DNA of 64,000 nt, taken from the NCBI RefSeq assembly GCF_009914755.1, contig NC_060926.1; one strand, written 5' to 3'. The notes beneath the pieces are model-generated. The model made no database searches. It was not told the DNA's origin and saw only the letters and a program-made list of their open reading frames with translations. Positions 1 to 14,500 of the stretch are shown piece by piece (the stretch's first letter is position 1; every line of letters begins with the position of its first letter). The DNA comes from the human T2T-CHM13v2.0 reference genome, Homo sapiens. The position numbers and the translations under genes were made by a program.

Positions 1-289
1 TAGCTTCTGTCACTGTCCCCTTAATCTTAATCCTTTCCTTTCCTAACAGAGGATCACTGAATAGAGATCTGGTTTTTGTTTTCATTTTCTAAAACATATA
101 AGCAAATATGAAGGCTTATGCTTATTCTCTACTTTTACGGAGAAAATCATAGCACAATATGCAAACCTTTTCCCTTCTTGATTGTTTATTTAATAATATA
201 TACACAAGATCATTTCACAGCAGTATATTGAGATATTTCTTATTCTTTTTTAGAAATGCATACTATGTAATTATGTGTAGGAGCCATAG

Positions 290-1430
290 GGGAATAATGC
301 CCTTTAGGATGAAGGGCATATTTTTTTTAATAAAATGACATTCTAATTAACATGAAAACATATTTCTTAAAACAGGAAAGTAAATGTTTCTTTCTCATTA
401 AACATCATATTACTAAAAAAGAAATAAAATTAAACTGAAGATTATATTAATAAAATATTAACATTTTAAGAGTAATAGCATTTTAATAATAAAATAGATG
501 TTAATTCTTCTAGAAAATATTAACAAAAATTGTTAAGGCTAAACACCTTCATGTTTTTTCATGAATTTAATTTATGAGGAATTCTGGTAAGACTTTCTTT
601 CAAAATTTGTTCTCCTGTTTCTTGTGTGATATTCAGATTTATAAATTTTAGCATCTCATTGCCTCAACTAAAAGTATAGTTATAAATATAATAATAGCTT
701 AGTTTTCAGAATTACCTAGTTAATTTCCTAGTTAATTGAAAATAATGTGGAATCATAGAAACAGCAGATGGATAATATGGGCTGGAAAAGAAAACCTTAA
801 TACTCTCAGATATAAGAAATACAAGGTTATCTGAAAATGTGTATTTAAATAGACAAATAAATTACACATTGTGGGATCAAATATGTAATCAATGATACTA
901 ATATATGGTACCACATGTCTACTGAACTCAATCCTATTTTATGATGCATTATTTTTGTAACTATTACATGTTGTTTAAGATGTTTATTCAACTCAACCTT
1001 ATTTTCCCCCTAAATTAATGAGAATTTTATATCAAAGTACTGATAGATGATTACATAATTTGTACATTAATTTTATGTTCCAGTGTTTCATTTTTTATTT
1101 CTCAACATATAAAGCCCTTTCTTCAAAAAAATAATATTAACTGTTAAAATGCCACAATACAAATGTGATATTATTCAGATGTTAAATCTACTTGAATTAT
1201 TAAGTGGTAGCCTGGTGTTTGATTGAGAGATAATGCTCGCTTTTTTTTCTTTTGCTTAATAACTATCCACTGCTGACCATTTTTGTCAACCAAGACCAAC
1301 ATGTAAACTGTAATATTTTCCATCTTGAGTTTATTGTTAAAGTGAATTTATAAGAGATTATTGCCAATGATTATGGGCTTCATGTATTCTTTTTAATTCT
1401 GTTTTTAATAAATAAATTTTCTATGACCTT
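290..1430 (-). mobile_element. Possible ancient hAT (Tip100/Zaphod/Arthur-like) DNA transposon coding fossil
   Basis: Minus-strand translation gives broken peptides (LILFFEERAL, NETLEHKIN, ELNKHLKQH, GNEMLKFINLNITQETGEQILKESL) loosely resembling the motif order of hAT transposases. Many stops and frameshifts; ends approximate. Confidence 0.3.
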
Positions 1431-1559
1431 CCTTAGCTAAAGCCCCTCGTTTTGTGCATGGACTTCCATCTGTCACCCACCATCTACTTGGGGACATCAT
1501 ACTTGGAAATGAAGAAATTAGACTATTGGAAATATAGAATGAGAAACTAAAAATTGAAA

Positions 1560-3255
1560 TTAAATTATATCTCTTATAATAGCATAAAAATATGAAAGAT
1601 TAAGAATTTCTAGATTAAGAACTACAAACATTGTGAAGAGATATTATTTAAAAACCTAAGTAAATGGAGACCTATACCACATTTGGGGATTGAAAGAAAA
1701 AAATATTTTAAGATATCAAGTTTTCTTCACAATAATTTATAGAATCAACACAATCCCAACCAAAATCCCATTTTTTTTTTGGTAGAAATTGACCACTTAA
1801 TTATACAATTTATGTGGACAAAAATCAAAACACTTCTGAAAAAAAAGAAATAAACTGTAGGACATGGACTATTGGATTTTAAGATTTCCTACAAATGAAG
1901 ACATTTTCAGGAAAATAAAAGCTAAGAAAATTCAAGGCAGTATTGTTTTGGAGGAAAAGGGACAAAAACATCGACAAAAGGATACAGAGTCCAGAAGTTA
2001 ACCCACATATCAATTTATTAATTTTTGAAAATGTGCCAAAATAATTCAAAGTGGAAAGGATTGTCTTTTGAACAACAATGTCTGTAATAATTGAAATTCA
2101 TATAAAAAAGAATCTTTACTCTTAATTCACGCTATATACAAAATTTATTTGAATGAAATAGACCTGCAATGAGACAAAAGTGAAACAATTTTCGTGAAGA
2201 CATAAAAGAAAAATTATTGCATCTTGAGTTAGGCAAATGTTTATTAGAACAACAAAAAGCACAAAAACATAAAGGGGGAAATTAATAAATTAAACTTCAT
2301 CGAAACTAAATGTCTACCTTTGAAAGGCACTATAAAAAACCATAAGCCATATATTGACAGAAAATACTTGCAAAACATCTATCTGTAAAGGACTTGTAAA
2401 CCAGACTACAGGAAGAGCTCTTACAACTCAATAAGAAGAAAAACATCCCACTAAATTATAGGGCTAAAGATGTGAACAAAAGAGTATGTGTAGATAGCGA
2501 ATAAACTCATGGAAAGATGCTGAGCATCATTAGAAAGGAAATGCAAATTAAACATAATGAGATACCTCTACACACCTGCTAAGATGCTTAAATTTAGAAA
2601 TACTGGCAATTCCAAATCCTGGTGATGGTGCAGAGCAACTGCATCTCTCTTACCTTGTTTTGGGAATGCTGTATGGTACAGCACTTTGGAAACCATGTTG
2701 ACTTTTTTTATGAAGATAATTGTACACTGAGCATAGGAACCAACAATTTCACTTGTAGGTATTTACCCAAGAAAAATGAAAAGATATGTCTACATAAAGA
2801 CGTGTACACAAATAATTATGACTATTTTATTCATAATTATCCCAAACTAGAAACAACTCAAATGTCCATCAACATGTAAATGGCTAAACAAAGTGTAGTA
2901 CCTCTACACAATGAAATGATGCTCAGTTTCAAAGGAAATGAACTACTGATATAACAATATGTATGAATCACTAAAGCCTTTTGCTAAGAGGCAGAAGCCA
3001 GATTTATAAGTCTACGTGTTTTATTATGGCATTTATATGACATTCTGTAAAAGACAAAACCATAGAGGCAGAAATCAGATTAGTGATTTCCAGAGGGCTT
3101 GGGAAGAGATTGACTACAAAGTGCAAGATATAACTTTCGGAGAGCTGGAAATAAATTTTGCTTGTGATATGGCCTCACTATCACATTCATTTGGCAACAT
3201 TCAATCAACAGTGCACTTTTAAAAAGGTATATTAAATTAAAATAACCATAGTTCT
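1560..3255 (+). mobile_element. Old L1M (L1MC/MD/ME-type) ORF2 3' part and 3'UTR
   Basis: Degenerate L1 motifs: ggaaatgcaaattaaacataatgagatacctctacacacc, aaacaactcaaatgtccatcaac, gaaatcagattagtgatttccag. Confidence 0.8.
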
Positions 3256-3544
3256 TTTAAATTGGGAAAGGTGTTTCTAATCACCTGTGATATATATTTT
3301 GTATAGCCTTCCTTGTTTATTTATGATAATGGCCAAATGCCATTTTTACTTCAGACTGCAGAAGAATTCTAAAGGTAGTTATTTTATTTCCTATCATTTG
3401 GGAACTCACAATATAAAAGATGTCATTATAATAATACATTTCATTATTGTCAAGGATTCATGTTATGTCATGAAAAATCAGCAGTGTAATCAATGCTTTG
3501 GGGATGATGACACTACATATTTTTGTTATTTAAAATCATTATTT

Positions 3545-3725
3545 TTGGGGCAAAGGGAATGAGAGCATTAGGACAAATACCTAATGAATGTGGGTCTTAA
3601 AACCCAGATGACAGGTTGATAGGTGCAGAAAACCACCATGGCACATGTATACCTATGTAACAAATCTGCGCATCCTGCACACGTATCCCAGAACTTAAAG
3701 TAAAATAATAAAAAATAAAATAAAA
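3545..3725 (+). mobile_element. 5'-truncated L1PA7/8-like 3' end (~180 bp)
   Basis: ggacaaatacctaatg...cccagaacttaaagtaaaataa with A-rich tail; 14-bp TSD taaaatcattattt at 3531-3544 and 3726-3739. Confidence 0.9.
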
Positions 3726-5290
3726 TAAAATCATTATTTACATTTCATTATTAGGATTCCTAAAATTAATTACGTAATGCTTTCTAAATTTAGACTGCCT
3801 TTTCAGTTTGTGCAACACAAGAAGCAAAGGGCTTTCTAATGTCTCCTACCACAAAATTTAAATAAAGAACAAAATGATTATTTAAGAAATTGATAGGTAT
3901 TTGTTCTAAAATCAAATTTAACTTAAAATTATTTCATAATTTTGTATTTATCTGCAAGATTTAGGTTCACTGTACCTAAAAATTAGTTTAAGATTCAGAT
4001 TAGGTTGCGTAAGTAAATAAGAATGAACTGTTGTAATTAAAAAGGGAAGATGAATGGGACTCTTCTTTTCAATTCTTCATATTTTCTCTACTACATATGC
4101 CAAAATTAAAAACAAAGTCAAAATATTTCTCTTTGAAAGGACATATGAAACATGCTGAGGTGATGATAAAGCAAAAAAGTAATGATTTTTAATTCTTTTT
4201 TTGAAAATCTGAAGTGCACTGCATGAAAATGAATCTTTTAAGTACTATCAGAAGTGTTTTCTTAAAATGTTTCTAAACTTTAAGCATTAAGGAAGGCAAT
4301 CTGTTCACCAAGGAGTAGCCAGACGCATATTTAAGATCACCTCCCTTTTGAATCTCTTCTGCAAGTATTGATATGTTGAATCAGATATTGCAGAATGTAT
4401 TGATTCTCATTATTTGGATAGATTTACCACAGACATTTCTTTGCCTCCTGGTTCCTGGTACTAAAAATATTTCCCTTTCTCTTATTTTCTAAAATGAAAC
4501 TTAAAGATTAAATAGTATCTCAGTGCTTTGTTATTCATGGCTATGGTACAAAATACCTCATATAAAAGTATCATTGTCTCATTAACCACAATGAGATATA
4601 AAATCTTGTTTACAGTCTTAACCAAGAATGATGTGTAATATATCAATCACTGGTAAGAAAATGACGCATTTCTTGTTTAGGGTTAGATTTATTCTTTGAT
4701 GTAGCTAGAATATTCTTTAGTAAAAAGCCTTACTTATTATCACTAACAAAGATTAAGCAAGAGCATGTAAATTCCCAAGAACATTTATTTTCATTAGTAC
4801 TACTTTTGATGAATAAGATATATGAAGGGTTAAGACGGGGACATCTACTCAATTTCTTCCCCAAACATTTCCTTTAAATGTGAAGGAGAAAAGATTTTGT
4901 GATTTAACTAAGTATAGGACTGCAACTATCTTCTTAGCCTATTAGGCCAGGTATATAATTTAGAATATGTGTTGCAAGTGACAAAAAATGCAACTACAAA
5001 AATATGTAACATAGTCAAATGTGGCCTTAGTTTTAACCTTGTTGTCATAAAATATCAGTAGCTTTCAATTTATATTGTCACAAACCGGTAATAGTAAAAA
5101 ATAAGCACCTGCCTCTTTTCTAGCACCCCCTGCCCACCTGCCCCCAAATCCTGTTTTCTTTCATTGCCCCTAATTGTACCATATGCCCATCCCTAAACCA
5201 ATTAGAGCTTGGTTAATTGCAATACTCACTTCTAGAGAAGAGTGGAATCTACCACTGGAGCAGCACATAGACTGAATATATTCCCTAGAA

Positions 5291-5815
5291 CAGTGTTCCC
5301 CATACTTTTTGGCACCAGGGACCGGTTTGTTGGAGGACAATTTTACCACAGACTGGGGCGGGTTGTGGGGGGGATGGTTTTGGGATGATTCAAGTGTGTT
5401 ACATTTATTGTGCACTTTATTTCTATTATTATTACATTGTAATATATAATAAAATAATTATACAACTCACTATAAGGTAGAATCAGTGGGAGCCCTGAGC
5501 TTGTTTTCCTGTAACTAGACGGTCACATCTGGGGGTAATGGGAGATAGTAACAGATCATCAGGCATTAGATTCTCATAAGGAAGGCATGCAGCCTAAATC
5601 CCTTGCATGAGCAGTTCCCAGTAGGGTTCACCCTCCTATGAGAATCTAATGCTGCTGCTGCTCTGACAGGAGGCGATGCTCAGGCAGTAATGCCAGCAAT
5701 AGGGAGCAGCTCTAAATACAGATGAAGCTTTGCTCACTCACCCGCCTGCTGCTCACCTCCTGCCGTGCAGCCTGGTTCCAGCACTGGTCTGTGGCCCAGC
5801 AGTTAGAGACCCCTT
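5291..5815 (+). mobile_element. MER1A (hAT-Charlie non-autonomous element)
   Basis: Starts cagtgttcccc...tttttggcaccagggaccggttt, ends agttagagacccctt; ~525 bp; 8-bp TSD-like ccctagaa (5283-5290) / ccctaggg (5816-5823). Confidence 0.9.
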
Positions 5816-5879
5816 CCCTAGGGGGTATTCCCCAGAGAGGATATCAGTCAGAAGTTACAAGAAATGATGTGAAACAGCA

Positions 5880-6110
5880 GTTAACTATTCTGGGCACTTA
5901 CTATGTGCTAGGCCATTTTATAATTGGGTTACAGGTGGTCTTAGTTAATGTTCAGAAAAACCCTTTTAGTTTACTTAATGTTCAGAAAAAAACCTCTTTT
6001 ATTACAATGAGCAAACTGACAATTGAGGAATATAATAAATTGCCTGAGGTTGTATGGCTAGTAAGTAACAGAACTTCTATTCCAACCCAGGCAATCTAGC
6101 TTCAGAGACA
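5880..6110 (-). mobile_element. MIR SINE
   Basis: Reverse MIR core (ttgcctgaggttgtatggctagtaagt...aacccaggcaatctagcttcagag); small internal duplication of ttaatgttcagaaaaa. Confidence 0.7.
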
Positions 6111-7188
6111 AAATACCTAGATTTTCTTTGGAAAGTATAGTGTAAAAGTTATATATAAAAAGAACATATTAATTTCTAATGCAATACAGAAAGAAGGGAA
6201 AAGAGTGAGGGAATTAGTGAAGGCCTTGAGAGTGTCTATATAGATATAAACTCATAAAAGCCCAGGAATAAAGGAAAGACCAGGAGAATAAAGTGTACTC
6301 TGTAATCTCACTTCCCCAGCTAATTCACATTCTACTGTTTGGGAATAATCTCCAGCTCCTTTACTCAGGAAATTTATTAAACTTCCATGAGATACAGACT
6401 AAATTGATCTTGGAGAGGTTTGGGGAGTGAAAAGTTAGGCAGGATTTATACCATTAAAGGGTAGAGTCATCACCCATATTCTGGACCAGTCAACATCTAG
6501 AGATGAAGCAGCTGCAGAATAAGTTAATACCAGAATTCACTCTCCCTAGGAGATAGCATGGCATACTAATTGTGGGACCAACAAAATTAAATCTAATTAT
6601 AAAGATTAAATTTGTTTCATGTAGGAAACATGTATATCTCTCAACTACTAATGTCTCTGACAAGCTTTCAAGGTACGTCGTAAACTAATACTGTCTTTGA
6701 AATTCCTGGTTACCACTCGCTTTGCCCCAGAATATAGAATGTGCTTCATTTAGATCAAGCTCCTAATTCACCCTACAATAGATCCTAGCAATATCTACTT
6801 TGATGACTTACCTCGTTTTTAAATTTTTTTTCTTGGAGTGCACTTGCTTGCTCTATTCAAATTCTATGATTTTTGAGGTCCATTGGACATCTCTAATTCT
6901 GTTACAAATAAATTGCTTTTAAATATGTCTGTTCCTTCTGTCTTATAATATCTATACTTATTGCCATGCTATTTATTATTTATAATAATGCAGTGTAGAT
7001 TGAGAATATAAATAATATTTTATATGTAATTTTTAGTCCTTCCAAATAAAGTTGCTAGGAAAACTGTCAAGTTAATAGGTAAGAGTCCTTAATTATAATA
7101 TGCAACATGCACCTCAAAGTGTTTTTATCTTGACACTTTGGAAATTAATCATCATGATGATCATACAATATAGATAGAATATAACTGA

Positions 7189-7607
<419 letters not shown>

Positions 7608-7774
7608 TGAAATCTACTTTTTTTCTCTCCACAGTTCCTTTATCCTTTTATTATGTATTCGCTATTATTTCAGGTCATGATTATTGTAGAAATCAGATTA
7701 CTTAATTCACATAGCATTGATTTTATGGTTTTACAACAAATATAGTTAGCTAGCTAGCAAGATAGACAAATTTG

Positions 7775-8175
7775 TGGCAATATATCTATATATTTATTGT
7801 ACATATAGCTATCCACACACATATATTACATATATCTATTCATATAATGATATAATATATACACACGTATCTATTCATATATAATATATGATATATATTA
7901 TATATGTTACATGTTATTACATATTATATATGTTATTATATAGTACTTTTACAGTACTCATGATCTGAAATGAAATGAGATATATGCACACACATATATA
8001 CATATACCTTTTATATATGTTATGCATATCTATATATCTATATGAATATATAAATATGTATATATCTCCTATATACTTGAAGAAGAGTATGTATATACAT
8101 ACATATTCTTACATATGTATATATTGATACATATATGTATAAATGTGTACATATATGCATACATATACATATGCA
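7775..8175. repeat. TA/CA-rich low-complexity tract
   Basis: Degenerate (TA)n/(TACA)n runs. Confidence 0.85.
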
Positions 8176-8299
8176 TGAGTGTTTTTTCTAAATTTCACTT
8201 TTTTTACTATTTCAAACAATTCTACACCTAACATCTGTTTCAGCCCTTGTGTAGATGTTGCAAGTGTTTCTAGAAGGAGAATGGCTACCAGGATTGTAT

Positions 8300-9260
8300 T
8301 AGTTATAAGCATTGTAAATATATCTTTCTCAGACTATGTTTTACTTTTAACTCTATGGGGTAATTTTGTTTGTCTCCTTTAAAAAAATTATCTGCATTGA
8401 TGTCATAACGTTGCTTTCATATATTTTCTTATAAATGTTTCAATATTTTCATTTTCACATATAGGTATTTAACCCATCTGGAATTTATTTCAGGCATGGT
8501 AAGAGGTAGGCATCTAATTTATCATTCTCCATGTGGAGAGCCAGTTGTCCTAGCATCATTTTTAGGAAGAGGCATCTTTTCTTTGCTGATGCATAATACT
8601 TTTTCTGCCAAGGCCACCTTTCAATATATTCAGAGGTCTGTTTGTATCACATCCGCATTATTTTTTGTCTTTTGCTAGTCTATTTTGTAGCAAATATATA
8701 TGTTATATGTATATATATAAAATATGTATTTTATATATATTAAAAAATATATATGTATTTGACTAACACTACTTTGAAACCACATTGTTTTAATTAGTCA
8801 ATACATTTTGAACTCTGATGGACAAGTTTTGGTTGCTTACTACTTTTTAATATTGTCTTGGCTACTCTTGTATTCCTTCATAAGCCTTTTAGATAGCTTG
8901 GTAAGAATTGTTAAAAACCCTGCTGAGATTTTTTTGGAACTACATTAAATATGTCACTTAATTTAGGGAAAATTGTTATCTCCAAATAGACATTTGATAG
9001 GATTATTTCTAGATATGTTATACCAACTTAGATCTATAGAATAGGATTTTAAAAATTATATTATCTAATTTGTTGTTCCTGATATATGAAATTTTATTAC
9101 ATTTTGTACATAGATTCTATAGCTAAAGATACTGCTGAAATGTCTCATGAATCTCTATTTTTTTGTTGATTCTTTTGAATTTTCTGTTATAAGAATGAAT
9201 AATCACTGTTTTGTTTTTTTAGCTTTCAATCCTTAAACCTCATTTCTTTCACTAATTGAT
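8300..9260 (-). mobile_element. Old L1M (L1ME-like) ORF2 fragment
   Basis: Reverse L1 motifs aacccatctggaatttatttt, ccagttgtcctagcatcattt, ttgtcttggctactcttg. Confidence 0.65.
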
Positions 9261-9305
9261 TACATTAATAAGATTATTATCTATTATCTTATTAATAAGA
9301 ATAAT

Positions 9306-9394
9306 ATTATCTGCATTGATGTCATAACATTGCTTTCATATATTTTCTTATAAATGTTTTAATATTTTCATTTTCACGTATAGGTATTTAACCC
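9306..9394 (+). repeat. 89-bp dispersed direct duplicate of 8387-8475
   Basis: attatctgcattgatgtcataac...taggtatttaaccc occurs twice with 3 transitions and no indels. Confidence 0.95.
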
Positions 9395-9895
9395 TCTTTA
9401 TATAATTTTGAAAAGGTATATCTTCCTAGGAAGCAATTCTTTTTTCCAAAGGTATTTTTGAAAGGTGGTTCATAGTAATTTCATATGACAACTGTCTTTT
9501 ATTATGTTGATTTTTATTTCTAACAGTATTTTTTACTTTTTATTGAAGAATGATTTAAATCAATGATGTATATCAATACACCAGTCATAGGTGTATGCTT
9601 TGAAGAATTTTTAGATCTGGGTACACTCTTTTAAATATCACACAGATAAAGGTATAAAATATTTCGGCTCCCCAGAAAACTTCCTTATTCCTCTCACAGT
9701 CAATACTATCCCTCTACACACCAGTGTAACTGTTATTTGGACTTCTAATACCGTAGGTTTGTTTTGGTTATTCTTGAACTTCATATAAACAGAAACACAA
9801 AAAATAAATAATTTTGTCTAATTTCTTTCATTCAACATTTTATCTGAGATTATTGATACATGTTGCATGTAAAAATAGTTCCTTTAAAAAATTCT

Positions 9896-10186
9896 GGCTG
9901 GGCGTGGTGGGTCACACCTGTAATCCCAGCACTTTGGGAGGCTGAGGTGGGTGGATCACCTGAGATCAGGAGTTCAAGACCAGCCTGGCCAAAATGGCTA
10001 AATCCTGTCTCTACTAAAAATACAAAAATTAGCCAGCCATGGTGTGGGCACCTGTAATCCCAGCCACTCAGGAGGCTGAGGCAGGAGAATCGTTTGAACT
10101 TGAGAGGCAGACGTTGCAGTGAGCTGAGATCACACCACTGCACTCCAATCTGAGCAACAAAGCGAGATTCTGTCTCAAGAAAAACA
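9896..10186 (+). mobile_element. AluS (Sx/Sq-like)
   Basis: ggctgggcgtggtg...ctgtctcaagaaaaacaaaa; aaaattct on both flanks. Confidence 0.95.
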
Positions 10187-10682
10187 AAATTCTTTGTAAG
10201 TGTTATATAATATTGTATCTCATTTCTTCTAATTAATTTTGATGAATACTTGGTTGATTTTCAGTTTTTAATTATTATGAATAAGGCTGGTAGAATCTTT
10301 TAATGGACACATTAACTCATTAATCTTGAGTATCTCAAGAGCATAATTGATGCATTATAAAGATCATAAGTTATATGAAGGTTTGACTTTTTAGCTACTG
10401 CTAACTTTTTAAGTGGCTGAACCTATTTAAAATCCTTCCAGAAATATGACACTTCTAGATGTCTACATTCTTGGCATACACTGGAAATTACTAGTCTTTT
10501 AATTATAGTTGTTCTGATATGACGATCCCCTTCTGGTTTTACTTTGCATTTCCTGAGGCCTAATGAGGTTGCACATATTTTCACTTGCATATTGGATAAT
10601 TTTATAAATATATTTTATTCAAGTGCATTTACTGCAAGTCGGTGACTTTCCTTCTCACTTTCTTATTATTATCATTTGATAA

Positions 10683-11012
<330 letters not shown>

Positions 11013-11579
11013 TGTTTTCCCTTTATGGTTGATACTACCCGTGTTTTTTTGTTGCTGTTGTTTGTTTTTTGTTTTAAATGTTGCTATCTCAAGGTCATGA
11101 GTGTGTTTTGTTGCACTAGGCTTTCTTCTAGCTCCTAATCGTTTTACCTTTACATTTAGTTCAAAATTCATCTCAAATTAATTTTTAGGTATGATTTGAG
11201 GTAATGGACACAGGATTTTTTAATGGATATTTAATTGACTGAGCACCACACACCATTCTTTTGTAAAGAACATTCTTTCCTTGTTGATTTGCAGAGATTT
11301 TGTTTTTTGTCATAAATCAAGATACTTGATATGTGTGGACTTATTTACAGTCTCTCTTCTGTTCTTACACCAAAATCATCCTACTTTAAATAAATAATAT
11401 TGAAAAAATTTAGATATCCAGTATGGAAACTCTTTCCCATTGTTATCCCTCTAAAATAATTTAGGTTTCTTGTTTTCTTAATCAGTTTTACCATAAATGT
11501 TTCTCTCTCATGAGTGTTTTTAAGGAGGATTGTTCCTGATTTACCCATCATTATCACGATTTTCAAATTTTTCTATTTT

Positions 11580-14500
11580 TTTCCCCAACTTTTAGGTTCG
11601 GGGGTACATGTGCAGGTTTGCTACATGGTAAATTTCATGTCACGGGGGTTTTGTATACAGATTTTTTTTGTCACCTAGGTAATGAGTATAGTACTCAATT
11701 TGTAGTTTTTAGATCCTTACCCTCCTACCATCCTCCACCTTCAAGTAGGCCCTGATGTCTATTGTTCCCTTCCTCATGTCCATGTGTACTCAGTGTTTAG
11801 CTCCCACTTATAAGTAAGAACATGCAGTATTTGGTTTTTGGTTCTTGCATTAATTTGCTTAGGTTAATGGCCTCCAGTTCCATCCATGATGCTGCAAAGG
11901 AGATGATTTTGTTCTTTTTTATTGTTGGTTAGTATTCCATGGTGTATATGTACCACATTTTTTTAATCCACTTCACAATTGATGGGCGTCTAAGTTGATT
12001 CTATGTCTTTGCTATTGTGAGTAGTGCTATGATGAACATACACATGCATGTGTCTTAGGAGGCCATTATCCTAAGCAAATTAATGGTAAAATAATTTATG
12101 TCTTGGGAGGTATATACCCAATAATAGGATTGCTTAGTTGGATGGTAGTTCTGCTTTAAGTTCTTTGAGAAACTGCCACAATGCTTTCCACAGGGGCTGA
12201 ACTAATTTACATTTCGACTAGCAGCATAGACATGTCCCCTTTTTTCTGCAACCTTGCCACCTTCTGTTATTTTTATTTTTAGTAATAGCCATTCTGACTG
12301 GTGTGGTGTGGTTTTTATTTGCATTCCTTTAATGATGAATGATGTTGAGCATTTTTTCATATGATTGTTGGCCACATGCATGTCTTCCTTTGAAGTAACA
12401 CTTCATGTCTTCGCCCATTTTTTAAATGGGATTTTTTGGTTTTTGCTTGCTATGTTGTTTAAATTCCTTATAAATTCTGAATATTAGAACTTTGTCTGAT
12501 GCATAGTTTGCAAATATATTCTCTCATTCTGTAGGTTGGTGGTCCTCAACTTATTTGGCACCAGGGGCTGCTTTCATGGAAGACAATTTTTCCATGGTTT
12601 ATAGGGGGTAGGGTTGGTTTCAGGATAAAACTGTTCCACCTCAGATCATTAGGAATTAGAGTCTCATAAGGAGCACACAATTTAGATACCATGCATGTAC
12701 AGTTCACAATAGGGTCCGAGCTCCAATGAGAATCTAATGCTGCCACTGATCTTACATGAGGTGGAGCTCAGGCAGTAATGCTCACTCGCCATTGAAGATC
12801 AGATGGATGTAGGTGGGCAGCTTTTTTTCTGGGCTCTCTAACCTGTTACATTGGTCTGTGTGTCTGTTTTGCACCAGTACCATGCTGTCTTTGTTACGGT
12901 AGCCTTGTGTAGTTTGAATTTGGGTACTGTGATGCCTCCAGCTTTGTTCTTTTTACTTAGGAATTCTTTGGCTATTTGGGCTTTTTTGGTTTCAAATGAA
13001 TTTTAAGATAGTTTTTTTCTAGTTTTGTGAAAAATGTATTTGGTAGTTTGATAGGATCTCTTTGGGGATTATTGCCATTTTAACAATATTGATTATTCTC
13101 ATCCACGAGCATGGAATGTTTTCTATTTGATGGTGTTGTCTCTGCCTGCTTTCAGCACTGTTTTGTAATTATTCTTGTAGAGATTTTTTACCTCTCTGGT
13201 TAGCTGTATTTCTAGTTATTTTGTTATTTTTGTGGCTCTTATGAATGGGATTGCATTCTTGATATGGCTCTCAGCTTGGATGTTATTGGTGTGTAGAAAT
13301 GCTACTGATTTTTGAAAACTGATTTTGTACCTTGAAACTTCACTGCAGTTATTTATCATATCTATGAGGCTTTGGGCCGAGAGTATGGGGTTTTCTAGGT
13401 ATGAAATCATATCATCTTGAAAGAGAGAGAGTTTGACTTCCTCTCTTCCTATTTGGATGCCTTTTATTTCTTTTATCTTGTCTGATTTCTCTGGTTGGGA
13501 TTTCCAATACTGTGTTAAATAGGAGTGGGGAAAGTGGGCTACCTTGTGTTGTTCTGTTTCTCAAGGGGAATGCTGCCAGCTTTTGCCTGTTCCATATGAT
13601 GTTTGCTATGAATTTGTTATAGATGGCTCCTATTATTTTGAGGTATATTCCTTCAATGCATAGTTTGTTGAGGGCTTTTTTTTTTTTTAACAAGAAGGGG
13701 TATGGACTTTTATCAAAGCCTTTTCTGCTTCTATTGAGATATCATGTGGTTTTTGCTTTTAGTTTTATTTATGTAATGAATCACGTTTATTAATTTGCAT
13801 ATGTTGAACACAAAGGATGCTTCCATCCCAGGAGTAAAGCCTATTTGATCATGGTGGATTAGCTTTTTGGTGTGGAACTGGATTCAATTTGCTAGTATTT
13901 TGTTGACAACGTTTGCATGCATCAGGAATATTTGCTTGAAATTTTCTTTTTTAGTTGTGTCTCTGCCAGGTTTTGGTATTACGATGATGCTGGCCTCATA
14001 AAATGAGGAAGAATCCCTCCTCCTCAATTTTTTGTAATATTTTCAATAGGATTGGTCTCATCTCTCCTCTACATATCTGGTAGAACTTGAACCTGCTATG
14101 AATCTATCTGGTCTAGTGTTTTCTTGTTGGTAAGTTTTTTTTTTTTTTTAATTGCTGATGCAATTTGGGAACTCATTATTTGTCTTTTTAGGATTTCAAT
14201 TGTTTTCCGGGTCAAACTTGGGAGGTTGTATGTTTCTAGGGGTTTGTCCATTTCTTTTAGGATTATTGTTTGTGTGCATGGGAATATTTGTAATAGTGTC
14301 TAAGGGATTTTTGTATTTCTGTGGGGGTAGTGATCATGTCTCGTTCGTCACTTCTGATTGTATTCATTTGGATCTTCTCTCTCTTTTTTTTTAATTAATC
14401 TAGCTAGTGGTCTGTCGATCTTAAAAAACTAACTTTTGATTTTGTTGATCTTTTGTATGATTTTTTGTATCTGAATTTTGTTCAGTTCAGCTCTGATTTT

